Positions 1 to 9,261 of a stretch of 64,000 nt of DNA are shown piece after piece. The DNA is from a virus, in the IMG/VR virus record IMGVR_UViG_3300021142_000012, positions 44,266-108,265 of that record; one strand, written 5' to 3'. The translations under genes and the position numbers were made by a program. The notes under the pieces were generated by a model. That model saw only the letters and a list, made by a program, of their open reading frames with translations, did not search any database and was not told the DNA's origin. Each line of letters opens with the position of its first letter. Positions within the stretch are counted from its first letter, which is position 1.

Positions 1-2
1 GG

Positions 3-338
3 TTGATGGAGGCGTTTGCTGATCGTAAGACTAAAGGATATAATTGGAATAATCTAATGCTTCAGCGTTGGGTAGATCACAATGGTGTAGAACATCGTGT
101 CTTAGAAGATTATCAACGTAATGTACAGTTATGTGATCTAACAGCACAACCTGATGATATTAAAGTTTTAATTAAAGAGACGATTGAAGCAGGTGCAAAA
201 CCTAAAGATATAACACAAGTAGGTATTCGTATGCTAAAGTTTTGTAATGCATGGGACATGAAAAAGATTGCAGACAATGTCCAACAATATGCAGAACCGT
301 TACAGGCCAAATACAACAGAGAGGTAGTAATTGATTAA
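3..338 (+). CDS. rnh: C-terminal part of T4-like RNase H / 5'-3' exonuclease (truncated by window edge)
   Basis: WNNLMLQRW...DYQRNVQLCDLTAQPDDIK resembles the C-terminal 'RN..L.DL...P..I' segment of T4-type RNase H; phage context. Confidence 0.7.
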   Translation: MMEAFADRKTKGYNWNNLMLQRWVDHNGVEHRVLEDYQRNVQLCDLTAQPDDIKVLIKETIEAGAKPKDITQVGIRMLKFCNAWDMKKIADNVQQYAEPLQAKYNREVVID

Positions 339-1821
339 AGCACGTGGTGTAAAGAAAGTAGTAATTGTAGGTGGCGGCACTAGTTCATGGTTGACTGCCG
401 CATGTTTATCATTTCAAAAACCTCACTATGAGATTATAGTGATTGATAAAGAGGTAGGTACTCCTGTAGGGGTTGGCGAAGGAACCTTATTGGGATTTGC
501 TGATAGCATGTCTAAAGCTGGATTTAATATAGAGGACTGGTTTTTTGAAATTGATGCAACTTTTAAATCAGGGATATTATTTCCAGGTTGGACTAACGAT
601 GGCACAGATGTATGGCATCCATTCATGTTCCCCCAATATACTAATATCAATATTTCAAATTTAGATTTATGGTCAAAACATCAAAATCTAGATCTTAAAA
701 CTACCGCATTAGCATTGTATGATGTGTCTGTTAATCTTAAGAAGGTCGACCGTGATACCTTGCTTAACTATGCTTACCATATTGACTGCGGTAAATTAGT
801 TTCTTTTATACAAAAGAAAATTGTAAACATTCGCAAAGTATCATTAATTAAATCAGAAGTAGTTGATATACAAAGAGATAATAAAGAAATATCTAAATTA
901 GTTTTAAAAGACGGGCAAGAAATAACCGCAGATTTGTTTGTTGATTGCACAGGATTTAAAGGTATGTTAAACGAAGCACCTGATCGTGTGACATTTGAAA
1001 ATCGTTTATGGTGTAATACTGCGGTTGCTGGTCATATTCCGTATATTGACAAAGCAACAGAGATGAATCCGTATGTTGTTAGTGAAGCTGTTGATCACGG
1101 GTGGATTTGGAATATCCCTGTACAGACACGTATCGGTTCCGGACTGGTGTTTAACAGAGATATCACTAGTGTAGAAGAAGCAAAAGAATATTTCTGTAAG
1201 TATTGGGATAACAGAATATCTCCCGAAAATCTTAAAGTAATCAACTGGACTCCATTTTATAATCGAAATATGTGGCACGGTAATGTTGTTAGTGTTGGAC
1301 TAAGTGCAGGATTTATCGAACCATTAGAAAGTACTGGTGTTGCATTAATTGTTAGCGGCATATATGAAATGATTGCAAGATTGGACTTAGATTATTACAC
1401 AGAAAAAGATGCTGACATGTTTAATTCAAAACTAGCAATGTTTTTCGAAGAAGCAGTTGATTTTGTAAGTATGCATTATTCTATTAGCGAAAAAGATATA
1501 CCTTTCTGGAATTGGGTTAAAGAAACTAGATTTAAATCCGATACTCAAAAAATCTTTGAAGAAAAATTAGCAAACAATTATCCATTACCGATGGTTGGCA
1601 AAGGTGCAATTTTTTCCGGAGCAAATTGGTTTGGTTGGCTAATACAATTAGGTTATCCTATGGGCAATAAGAATGTTCCATTGTCAGATGAAGAAATTGA
1701 ACAACTTATATCTAGCCATAAGACTACTGAATTAAACAAAACAACTGCTATACTACACACAGAGTATATAGAAGTATTAAGGCGTGAAGAAGAACCATTT
1801 TTAGGATTTTCAGGAACTTGA
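331..1821 (+). CDS. Flavin-dependent halogenase, tryptophan halogenase (PrnA/RebH) family
   Basis: VIVGGGTS Rossmann motif, GVGEG, ATFKSGI (catalytic Lys position), DLFVDCTGF, GWIWNIP (WxWxIP), FIEPLESTG; TTG start after GAGG. Confidence 0.9.
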   Translation: MIKARGVKKVVIVGGGTSSWLTAACLSFQKPHYEIIVIDKEVGTPVGVGEGTLLGFADSMSKAGFNIEDWFFEIDATFKSGILFPGWTNDGTDVWHPFMFPQYTNINISNLDLWSKHQNLDLKTTALALYDVSVNLKKVDRDTLLNYAYHIDCGKLVSFIQKKIVNIRKVSLIKSEVVDIQRDNKEISKLVLKDGQEITADLFVDCTGFKGMLNEAPDRVTFENRLWCNTAVAGHIPYIDKATEMNPYVVSEAVDHGWIWNIPVQTRIGSGLVFNRDITSVEEAKEYFCKYWDNRISPENLKVINWTPFYNRNMWHGNVVSVGLSAGFIEPLESTGVALIVSGIYEMIARLDLDYYTEKDADMFNSKLAMFFEEAVDFVSMHYSISEKDIPFWNWVKETRFKSDTQKIFEEKLANNYPLPMVGKGAIFSGANWFGWLIQLGYPMGNKNVPLSDEEIEQLISSHKTTELNKTTAILHTEYIEVLRREEEPFLGFSGT

Positions 1822-1823
1822 AT

Positions 1824-1964
1824 ATGATATATCTATCGTTGTTTATAATATGGGCATTGGCTGTTGTATTCATCTGGTGTTTTATCAAAGGTGCATATAA
1901 TGGTTGTAATGGCGGATGTATGCAAGGTCGCAAAGAATGTAATTGCAAATATGGAAAAAAATAA
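1824..1964 (+). CDS. Small 46-aa membrane protein with Cys-rich tail (not in ORF track)
   Basis: Hand translation MIYLSLFIIWALAVVFIWCFIKGAYNGCNGGCMQGRKECNCKYGKK; fills the intergenic gap exactly; its TAA overlaps the next ATG (TAATG). Confidence 0.75.
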   Translation: MIYLSLFIIWALAVVFIWCFIKGAYNGCNGGCMQGRKECNCKYGKK

Positions 1965-3100
1965 TGGCTACTAAAGAAGAAAAACAAGAACTAATAGAAA
2001 TTTTAAAGTTCACTCCACGCACATACAAAATTAGTATGTGGGGCTACGGTGGTGAAAAGGTCATGGGTCGTGTGCCACGCGAAGTCTGGGACTACTGTAT
2101 GAATAACCAAGTAGACTTGCAAGACATTGCCTGGAATTCAGAGGCGGTCGAAGACATGGATCTCGATGAAGATCTGTTGCCATTTCCTCCAGGAAGCTGG
2201 TACGAATGTGATGGTATGGCGCACTCAAATGGTGTTTCACGTAGTGCTGGTACACTACAAATTGAAGATGAAAATGATAATTCTATCGTCGAAACACCGC
2301 TTGATAATTTTAGTGGTGATAATGTAGACGACGAAAGTCCGGAATTTGATTGTACTAATGAAGCATGGATCGGCGAAGCCGCCGAAGGTGAAGTAGTGTT
2401 TGTTGGTAGCTCAAACGAAAAAGGTACATTCTTCGAGGGCGAGATTGAGCTCAAACAACCGTTTGATATCCGCAAGCTAGTTTTACAATACGAAGAAATC
2501 GACGGTGAAGAATTGGTCTACGGTGTTACCTATGACGGTGAAGATATCGACAACTGGGGTGGTAGCACAGATGGCAAGAGTTCAGACTTTGATATGTATC
2601 TTGTAGGTAAGGATAGCACGTGGACACGCTATGCCCCAGAAGAAAAAGATTGGGGTCATCCAGAATATGGTTCAAGTCCGAGCGATTGGGAAAAGTCGCC
2701 TAAGTTTGAGTTTGCAAAACACAAGCCAGTATATCCCGGATACTACAATGCTGTATGGTCAAACTTTGGTACTACATACGGTAGCTTGTATTGGGATGGC
2801 AAAGAGTTTGGCGAGTGGGAATACGGTAAGTTCAAACCACAATCCGGAGTACAGACCTGGCAAGGGTACAACTGGGACACTACAGATTGGTCTAATCAGC
2901 CGCCAGAGCCACCCGGTATCGCATGCGACAATAAAGAGTGTGGCTGGGTAGGAATGAGTGAAGAACGCAGGACCGACGATGACTACAACGATCATTGTCC
3001 TGAATGTGATGGCACAGAGTTTAGCTGGATTGATTATGATCCAGACACCGAAGAAGGGTGTGCTAATCGTGCAAAGTATTGCCAACAAAATACGAGATAA
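1964..3100 (+). CDS. Acidic hypothetical protein with C-terminal Zn-ribbon
   Basis: Likely start ATG 1964 (coupled to upstream stop); D/E/W-rich; CDNKEC...CPEC. Confidence 0.75.
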   Translation: MATKEEKQELIEILKFTPRTYKISMWGYGGEKVMGRVPREVWDYCMNNQVDLQDIAWNSEAVEDMDLDEDLLPFPPGSWYECDGMAHSNGVSRSAGTLQIEDENDNSIVETPLDNFSGDNVDDESPEFDCTNEAWIGEAAEGEVVFVGSSNEKGTFFEGEIELKQPFDIRKLVLQYEEIDGEELVYGVTYDGEDIDNWGGSTDGKSSDFDMYLVGKDSTWTRYAPEEKDWGHPEYGSSPSDWEKSPKFEFAKHKPVYPGYYNAVWSNFGTTYGSLYWDGKEFGEWEYGKFKPQSGVQTWQGYNWDTTDWSNQPPEPPGIACDNKECGWVGMSEERRTDDDYNDHCPECDGTEFSWIDYDPDTEEGCANRAKYCQQNTR

Positions 3101-3103
3101 ATA
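3097..3103 (+). promoter_or_regulatory. T4-type late promoter
   Basis: ATAAATA, followed by leader hairpin (3110-3137) and AAGGAG RBS of ORF 3153. Confidence 0.6.
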
Positions 3104-3152
3104 CATACATTACTATAGTGCCTTAGGGGCTTAGTAATACAAGGAGAATAAT

Positions 3153-3632
3153 ATGACAGAAATACACGCCAAGCCTATTGTGGATGGTAAGTTTTGGATT
3201 GTAGAGCAAGACGGCTCTAAAATCGCAACACTACACAAAAAAGAAAACAACAAGTTTGTACTATCAAGTACCAACGGTGAAGTAATGTTTAACCGTAAAG
3301 ATGATCTTACTAAACAGTTTGGTAAAGACTTTTTCCTAACTAGCGATAAAATTAAAGTTACTCAAGCAGAACCAAATGAGTGCTATGACTATCCTACTAG
3401 CTGCCGCCCATACAATTCAGTCTATGATGTTCAAAAACGATTGCCGTTGTTTACTAAAAGCAATCAAAGCAAGAGTAGCTATTGTGCAGGCTATTATACA
3501 ATTAAATTTGATAAAGGTTGGGTCAAGAGTTTTTGTCCTAAATATATTACACTGCAACGGTATCCATATAAAGGACCATTTAAGTCAGAGTTTGAAATGA
3601 AAATGGTATTAAGTAATGCAAAATCAGATTAA
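3153..3632 (+). CDS. Hypothetical phage protein
   Basis: 159-aa ORF with strong RBS. Confidence 0.8.
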   Translation: MTEIHAKPIVDGKFWIVEQDGSKIATLHKKENNKFVLSSTNGEVMFNRKDDLTKQFGKDFFLTSDKIKVTQAEPNECYDYPTSCRPYNSVYDVQKRLPLFTKSNQSKSSYCAGYYTIKFDKGWVKSFCPKYITLQRYPYKGPFKSEFEMKMVLSNAKSD

Positions 3633-3861
3633 TCTTTCTCCGGTAACTCAATTTATACAGCAAGTTCGGGCTGCCGAATTGAGCCAGGGTAAGGTTATCA
3701 GTATAGACATACAAAAGGCCAGATTATTAACTCTAGCACTAGCTGAAATGATGGACAAGATGAATCAAGATTATGAAACAATGTATAATCAACTGAAAAA
3801 CAGCATTGATACTGATGTAGTATCAGTTACTATGGACGGCGGAGACTTTAACGACAAATAG
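3616..3861 (+). CDS. Hypothetical phage protein
   Basis: 81-aa ORF overlapping the upstream gene end. Confidence 0.7.
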   Translation: MQNQINLSPVTQFIQQVRAAELSQGKVISIDIQKARLLTLALAEMMDKMNQDYETMYNQLKNSIDTDVVSVTMDGGDFNDK

Positions 3862-3863
3862 TG

Positions 3864-3870
3864 ATAAATA
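3864..3870 (+). promoter_or_regulatory. T4-type late promoter
   Basis: ATAAATA in short intergenic gap. Confidence 0.6.
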
Positions 3871-3893
3871 TACGTAGTTAATTGGAGCCTCAT

Positions 3894-4178
3894 ATGAGTA
3901 GACCTAAGCCACGTGTATTATTAGAAAACGTTAATAAAAAGACCTACAAAGCAGAACAAATCCTAGAAGCAGAAGCTATCTGGGCAGTATTCTATAAAAA
4001 TGAACCTTTTAATTTAAAGAGCTTTAATAGCCTCACAAGTTACCCAGGCCCTAAATATAAAAAAGTATCTTTTTCAAATCCCGGTCATGCACATAATTTG
4101 GCTAAAAAATTGAACTTAACATTTGGAACCGGAGATTTCCAAGTTGTTATGCTGACGCAGGGCACTATCATAAAATGA
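3894..4178 (+). CDS. Basic hypothetical phage protein (MSRPKP...)
   Basis: ATG 3894 after GGAG. Confidence 0.8.
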   Translation: MSRPKPRVLLENVNKKTYKAEQILEAEAIWAVFYKNEPFNLKSFNSLTSYPGPKYKKVSFSNPGHAHNLAKKLNLTFGTGDFQVVMLTQGTIIK

Positions 4179-4582
4179 TAACCCGTGATGCCCTGACTAA
4201 AATATTTTTACAACAATGGGGCAAGAGTGTTGACGAAGCTAATATAAATCTTTATTCTCGTCAATGGTGGCAATCAAATCGAGCAAATAAACAAACTGCA
4301 TTACGACTAAGCGATGACGGTTTTGACTTTTTAATCGATATTTTAGAAATACAGTCCTACGAAATCCCATTTACCGAACCAATTGAGCTGAGTCCTCAGA
4401 CTATTATATTTTTGGAAAAATATATCGACTGCCCATACTATCTAACACCATTGAGTATCACAGTTTTTTCCGAACGAAAAAGTTTTGAACTGATGTTGTT
4501 TTCTGACGATATTCGCAAATTTGGCTTGATTAAGGCTATAAACGAGCGTGAAAAAGATTCAGAATCTTTAAAAAAGAATTGA
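4175..4582 (+). CDS. Hypothetical phage protein
   Basis: 135-aa ORF coupled to upstream gene. Confidence 0.8.
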   Translation: MITRDALTKIFLQQWGKSVDEANINLYSRQWWQSNRANKQTALRLSDDGFDFLIDILEIQSYEIPFTEPIELSPQTIIFLEKYIDCPYYLTPLSITVFSERKSFELMLFSDDIRKFGLIKAINEREKDSESLKKN

Positions 4583-4607
4583 CTTTATCGCTAGTTGATA
4601 GTATAAT
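4579..4607 (+). promoter_or_regulatory. sigma70-type promoter for AAA ATPase gene
   Basis: TTGACT-17 nt-TATAAT. Confidence 0.75.
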
Positions 4608-4653
4608 AATTACATAGCGTAGTAAATTAACCCCGTAAATAGAAAGGTATTAT

Positions 4654-5742
4654 ATGAGCGAAGTATACAGCCGTTTAGTAGGCCCTAGCGGTGCTAAAAA
4701 ATCATTGCGTAAGGCTTTTAAAAATCAACGTCCAATCTTCCTCTGGGGTCCTCCAGGTATTGGCAAATCCGATATTGTCAAACAACTAGGCACAGAATTA
4801 GAAGCTCATGTAATTGACGTTCGTTTGTCACTTTGGGAACCTACTGATATCAAAGGTATTCCATATTTTGATTCAAATGATGGTACTATGCGTTGGGCCC
4901 CTCCTTCAGAATTGCCAAGTGCAGAGTTTGCCAAACAGCACAAACAGATTATTCTTTTCTTAGATGAAATGAACTCTGCGGCTCCGTCAGTACAAGCGGC
5001 AGCTTATCAGTTAGTTTTGAATCGCCGTGTTGGCACTTATTCATTACCAAATAATGTTGTAATTGTTGCGGCTGGTAACCGTGAAACTGACAAAGGTGTT
5101 ACCTATCGCATGCCTGCTCCGTTGGCTAATCGTTTTGTACACTTAGAAATGCAAGTTAATTGGGATGACTACTTTGAATGGGCAGTTGAAAATAAAATCC
5201 ATAAGGATGTTGTCGGTTACTTAACTTTTTCCAAAAAATCACTTTACGATTTTGATCCAAAATCTAGCTCGCGTGCTTTTGCTACTCCACGTTCATGGTC
5301 CTTTGTCAGCGAATTATTACACGATGACGACACTGATGTTGAAACACTAACCGATTTAGTGTCGGGTTCAGTTGGTGAAGGTCTAGCAATTAGTTTTATG
5401 GCACATCGTAAACATGCAAGCAAGATGCCTGATCCGCGTGATATTTTAAGCGGCAAGGTTAAAAAAATGGAAACTAAAGAAATTTCAGCAATGTATTCTT
5501 TGACCGTTTCATTATGTTACGAATTAAAAGAAGCCTGCGACAAGAAAGCTAAAAATTGGAATGATCAAGTTAATAACTTCTTCCGTTTTATTATGGATAA
5601 CTTTGAAACAGAATTAGTTATCATGGGTACTAAATTGGCATTGTCTAGCTACAAACTGCCATTGGATCCGGATGAAATTAGCTGTTTTGATGAATTCCAC
5701 AGCAAATTTGGAAAATACATCAGCGCCGCAACTGAGAAATAA
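4654..5742 (+). CDS. MoxR-like AAA+ ATPase
   Basis: Walker A GPPGIGKS, Walker B ILFLDE, AAGNR sensor, PLANRF arginine finger, TPRSW. Confidence 0.9.
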   Translation: MSEVYSRLVGPSGAKKSLRKAFKNQRPIFLWGPPGIGKSDIVKQLGTELEAHVIDVRLSLWEPTDIKGIPYFDSNDGTMRWAPPSELPSAEFAKQHKQIILFLDEMNSAAPSVQAAAYQLVLNRRVGTYSLPNNVVIVAAGNRETDKGVTYRMPAPLANRFVHLEMQVNWDDYFEWAVENKIHKDVVGYLTFSKKSLYDFDPKSSSRAFATPRSWSFVSELLHDDDTDVETLTDLVSGSVGEGLAISFMAHRKHASKMPDPRDILSGKVKKMETKEISAMYSLTVSLCYELKEACDKKAKNWNDQVNNFFRFIMDNFETELVIMGTKLALSSYKLPLDPDEISCFDEFHSKFGKYISAATEK

Positions 5743-5758
5743 TTTGGTTTTGTGCCGA

Positions 5759-5787
5759 TTGACACCTCCTTCGGGAGGTGTTATAAT
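5759..5787 (+). promoter_or_regulatory. Consensus sigma70 promoter overlapping a C(UUCG)G hairpin
   Basis: TTGACA-17 nt-TATAAT; GACACCTCC-TTCG-GGAGGTGTT at 5761-5782. Confidence 0.8.
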
Positions 5788-5817
5788 ATATACTATAGTG
5801 AACAAACAGGAGCAGAA

Positions 5818-7017
5818 ATGTCGCATACAGATCCAATTATAGATAAAATTATTGTAGCTCGTGTAGGGCTATTGCTACGTCATCCTTTCTTTGGCAACAT
5901 GGCGACACGTTTACAAATTAAAGAAGGCTCCGATTGGCTTACAACAGCCGCAACCGACGGGCGTGCTATCTATTTTAGCCGTCCATTCTTTGAAAAATTA
6001 ACTACTAAACAAATCGAATTCGTTATTGCACACGAAATTATGCACAATGTATTTGATCACATGACACGTCGGGAAGGACGTGATCCTAAAATTTTTAATA
6101 TTGCCGCTGACTATTGTGTAAATGGACAATTGGTCCGTGATCGTATCGGTGAGACTATTCCAGAAATTAAAATGTTCCATGATACCAAATACTATGGTTG
6201 GGGTGCCGAACAAGTTTATGATGATATCTTTGAAAAGATGGATGAGCAAGAATTAGAAGCATTGGGCCAACTTATCGACGAACACATCGATTGGGGTGAT
6301 GACGGCAATGATGGTAATAATGGGCAAGGTAATAGACCTAAATATTCTAAAGAAGAATTAAAACAAATCCGTGATGAAATTCGTGAAGCTACTATGCAGG
6401 CTGCACAGGCCGCAGGTGCAGGTAATGTACCAGCAAGTGTACAACGAATGATTAAAGAACTAACAGAACCAAAAATGAATTGGCGTCAATTGTTGCGCCA
6501 ACAGATCCAAAGTATCATTAAAAATGATTATTCATTTATGCGCCCTAATCGTAAAGGTTGGCATATGAACGCAATTTTGCCCGGTACACAATTTGACACT
6601 ACTATCGATATCTGTGTAGGCATTGATATGTCAGGCAGTATCGGCGATACTCAGGCCAAAGACTTTATCGGAGAAGTCAAAGGCATTATGCAAGAGTATA
6701 AAGATTTCAATCTTAAGTTATGGTGCTTTGATACTCAGGTTTATAACGAAGCAAATTTCGACGGCTACACTGCTGATGAATTTGACAACTACGAAGTTAT
6801 GGGTGGCGGCGGCACTGACTTTGACGCCAATTGGGAATACATGAAGGAAAATGATATTCAACCTAAAAAGTTTATCATGTTTACAGATGGCTATCCTTGC
6901 GGCTCTTGGGGTGATGAAAACTATTGCGAAACATTGTTTATTATTCACGGTAGTAACAGTATTGTTCCGCCTTGGGGCGAATATGCCTATTACGAAGGTG
7001 TTAAAGAAACTGCATAA
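5818..7017 (+). CDS. DUF2201-type metallopeptidase + VWA domain protein (MoxR partner)
   Basis: TAATDG and HEIMH (HExxH) at N-terminus; DMSGS MIDAS, GGGGTDF and FTDG at C-terminus; ATG 5818 after AGGAG. Confidence 0.85.
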   Translation: MSHTDPIIDKIIVARVGLLLRHPFFGNMATRLQIKEGSDWLTTAATDGRAIYFSRPFFEKLTTKQIEFVIAHEIMHNVFDHMTRREGRDPKIFNIAADYCVNGQLVRDRIGETIPEIKMFHDTKYYGWGAEQVYDDIFEKMDEQELEALGQLIDEHIDWGDDGNDGNNGQGNRPKYSKEELKQIRDEIREATMQAAQAAGAGNVPASVQRMIKELTEPKMNWRQLLRQQIQSIIKNDYSFMRPNRKGWHMNAILPGTQFDTTIDICVGIDMSGSIGDTQAKDFIGEVKGIMQEYKDFNLKLWCFDTQVYNEANFDGYTADEFDNYEVMGGGGTDFDANWEYMKENDIQPKKFIMFTDGYPCGSWGDENYCETLFIIHGSNSIVPPWGEYAYYEGVKETA

Positions 7018-7304
7018 TGGCGTTAAAGAATAGTAAACCTAATCCTTTAAATTACTTTGATTTACGAAGAGTAGAATTTGCAGCCCCGCATTTTAAGTAC
7101 ATAATCTTAGAAAAATATACTCCAAATTATATCAAAATGATCGATGATTGGATCAGTAAAAATTTAAATAATAGGTATTACATAGGGCAGTTTTTAATGC
7201 TAGATCACAATAACGTAATAGTATACACTACTAGAGTCGGTTTTGAAAGTGAAAAAGAACTTAGCTTCTTCAATCTTGCCTGTCCAGTTTTACAACAGAG
7301 ATAA
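7017..7304 (+). CDS. Hypothetical phage protein
   Basis: 95-aa ORF, TAATG coupling. Confidence 0.75.
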   Translation: MALKNSKPNPLNYFDLRRVEFAAPHFKYIILEKYTPNYIKMIDDWISKNLNNRYYIGQFLMLDHNNVIVYTTRVGFESEKELSFFNLACPVLQQR

Positions 7305-7332
7305 TTATATACGTACATATTAAGGAGATACT

Positions 7333-7584
7333 ATGTCAGATACAGTAGATACACAAGAACAACAAACGGCTGCTCCAGAAGCACAAGCTCAACAGCCAAA
7401 TCCAAATGAATTAACAATTAACGATCTTAACGCAATGAAAGTTATTATCGATATCGCTAGTTCACGTGGTGCATTCCAACCAAAAGAAATGAAAGTAGTT
7501 GGACAAACTTATGAAAAATTAGAAGCGTTCCTAGCTGAAGTACAGAAACAAGCAGAAGCAGCGAAGGCCGCACAAGGACAATAA
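7333..7584 (+). CDS. Hypothetical phage protein
   Basis: 83 aa, AAGGAG RBS, ATAATTA late-promoter variant at 7301. Confidence 0.8.
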   Translation: MSDTVDTQEQQTAAPEAQAQQPNPNELTINDLNAMKVIIDIASSRGAFQPKEMKVVGQTYEKLEAFLAEVQKQAEAAKAAQGQ

Positions 7585-7585
7585 A

Positions 7586-8254
7586 ATGGCTACATTAAAA
7601 CATGTAGGTAGAATTAAATCAACAGGCAAACGAGTAGTCGTTGCCTATAGAACACTACCTGGTGATGCGCATCACGCATTAGTAGTACTAACAGAAGGAC
7701 TAAGCGATAGTTATCACAATGCTCTTATTAGTGCTGTTGAAAGCAATGCTGGTCAAGAAGCAAACGAATTTGCTGAAGCAATGGATCGTACACAAACTCC
7801 AGATGGCTACAATATGCTACATGCATTCCATAGTCAAGGTAAACTAGTAAAACTACCTACAGCTGATGTTGAAATGTTGCCAAGTCCCGGAGTAACTGTA
7901 TTGTTAAGCGAATTGAATCAGATTATTGCTGAGCAACGCGGTGTTCCAGTAGACGAACTATCAGTTAAGCCAAGCGAAGCTGAATTAAAACGTCAAGCAA
8001 AAGCTACAGAAGCACGTACACGTGATCTCGGCGAACCAGCGGCTGCTGAAAGTGATACATCTAAAACAACTAGCTCAAGTATTAATGAGTCAATTGATCT
8101 TGATATCCCAGATAGCCCAACTGCTACTCCAGAATCAAGAGCAAAACAATATCGTAGTCAAGCTGACAAATTAGCTAAACAAGCGGCAGAGTTCCGTAGA
8201 AAAGCTGAAGAATTAGTTCCTACAGTTAAGAAGAAATCTAAAGACGCTGCTTGA
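7586..8254 (+). CDS. Hypothetical phage protein
   Basis: 222-aa ORF, helical C-terminus. Confidence 0.8.
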   Translation: MATLKHVGRIKSTGKRVVVAYRTLPGDAHHALVVLTEGLSDSYHNALISAVESNAGQEANEFAEAMDRTQTPDGYNMLHAFHSQGKLVKLPTADVEMLPSPGVTVLLSELNQIIAEQRGVPVDELSVKPSEAELKRQAKATEARTRDLGEPAAAESDTSKTTSSSINESIDLDIPDSPTATPESRAKQYRSQADKLAKQAAEFRRKAEELVPTVKKKSKDAA

Positions 8255-8256
8255 TA

Positions 8257-8577
8257 ATGACATCTAAGGGAAAAAATCTTCCCGAGGATGTCATAAAACA
8301 TTGGCCAGAAATATTTGGTGAGGTTCATTTAAATGTGATGCCTCTTAGGTATCTCCATACCGTTCTGGTTAATTTTAAGGATGGCAAAACTTGGGAAATT
8401 AAAATAACAGCCGCTGCTCGTAAAGAAGGGTGGGCTACCTTTGAAAAGACCTTAAGTGAACTTTGTAGAAGTTATGAATCTAGTATCGAAGATATTGATT
8501 TTAAATTAGACACAGATTTACTTAAAAAGCATGTCGAACAAAGCACACAACAATTTTTAAAGAAAAGAAAGTTATAA
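8257..8577 (+). CDS. Hypothetical phage protein
   Basis: Continuous ORF between neighbours; ATG 8257. Confidence 0.75.
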   Translation: MTSKGKNLPEDVIKHWPEIFGEVHLNVMPLRYLHTVLVNFKDGKTWEIKITAAARKEGWATFEKTLSELCRSYESSIEDIDFKLDTDLLKKHVEQSTQQFLKKRKL

Positions 8578-9261
8578 ATGAATGTTCGATTACTCAGTTA
8601 CTCCCAACCCACACAGGAATTTGCAGATTTGGGCATCCAAGATGCGCAGGAACTCATTGCGTATTGCGCCCGTGTCAGCAATCCCAGCAATCAACTTAAC
8701 ACCGAAACATCAGCAAAACTCATCCAATACCTCATCAAACACCAGCACTGGAGCCCACTCGAAATGGTCTCAGCCTGTATTGAAATCACCACAACAAGAG
8801 ATATTGCAAGACAAATCCTTAGACATAGAAGCTTCAGTTTCCAAGAGTTCAGTCAGCGATATGCTGACCCTACTAAAGACTTGTCGTTTGTACTGCGAGA
8901 TGCGAGAAGACAAGATCTCAAAAATAGACAAAACTCCGTAGAGCTAGACTTAACGAATGATGCAGATCGATTCCTTGCTACGCAATGGGAAGAAATGCAG
9001 AAACGAGTTACTAGAGAATCATTAAATGCATATGAATGGGCTATTAGTGCTGGTATTGCTAAAGAGCAAGCACGTGCTGTATTGCCAGAAGGCTTAATTG
9101 AAAGTCGTTTATATATGAATGGTACACTGCGTAGCTGGATACACTTTATTGAGCTACGTTCAGCTAATGGCACACAAAAGGAACATCAAGAAGTTGCTAT
9201 TGCCTGTGCAAAAGTTATTGCTGAGATCTTTCCAATGACCACTGATCTTTTAGCCAAGTAA
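8578..9261 (+). CDS. thyX: Flavin-dependent thymidylate synthase ThyX
   Basis: RHRSFSFQEFSQRY ThyX motif; HWSPLE; KEQARAVLP; TQKEH. Confidence 0.95.
   Translation: MNVRLLSYSQPTQEFADLGIQDAQELIAYCARVSNPSNQLNTETSAKLIQYLIKHQHWSPLEMVSACIEITTTRDIARQILRHRSFSFQEFSQRYADPTKDLSFVLRDARRQDLKNRQNSVELDLTNDADRFLATQWEEMQKRVTRESLNAYEWAISAGIAKEQARAVLPEGLIESRLYMNGTLRSWIHFIELRSANGTQKEHQEVAIACAKVIAEIFPMTTDLLAK

Noticed and set aside
5752-5817. N-terminal extension of the VWA gene in the ORF track
   Set aside because: It spans the promoter and hairpin; ATG 5818 has the AGGAG RBS
8582-8941. Overlapping +1-frame ORF in thyX
   Set aside because: Explained by the local codon bias; no RBS; low-complexity product
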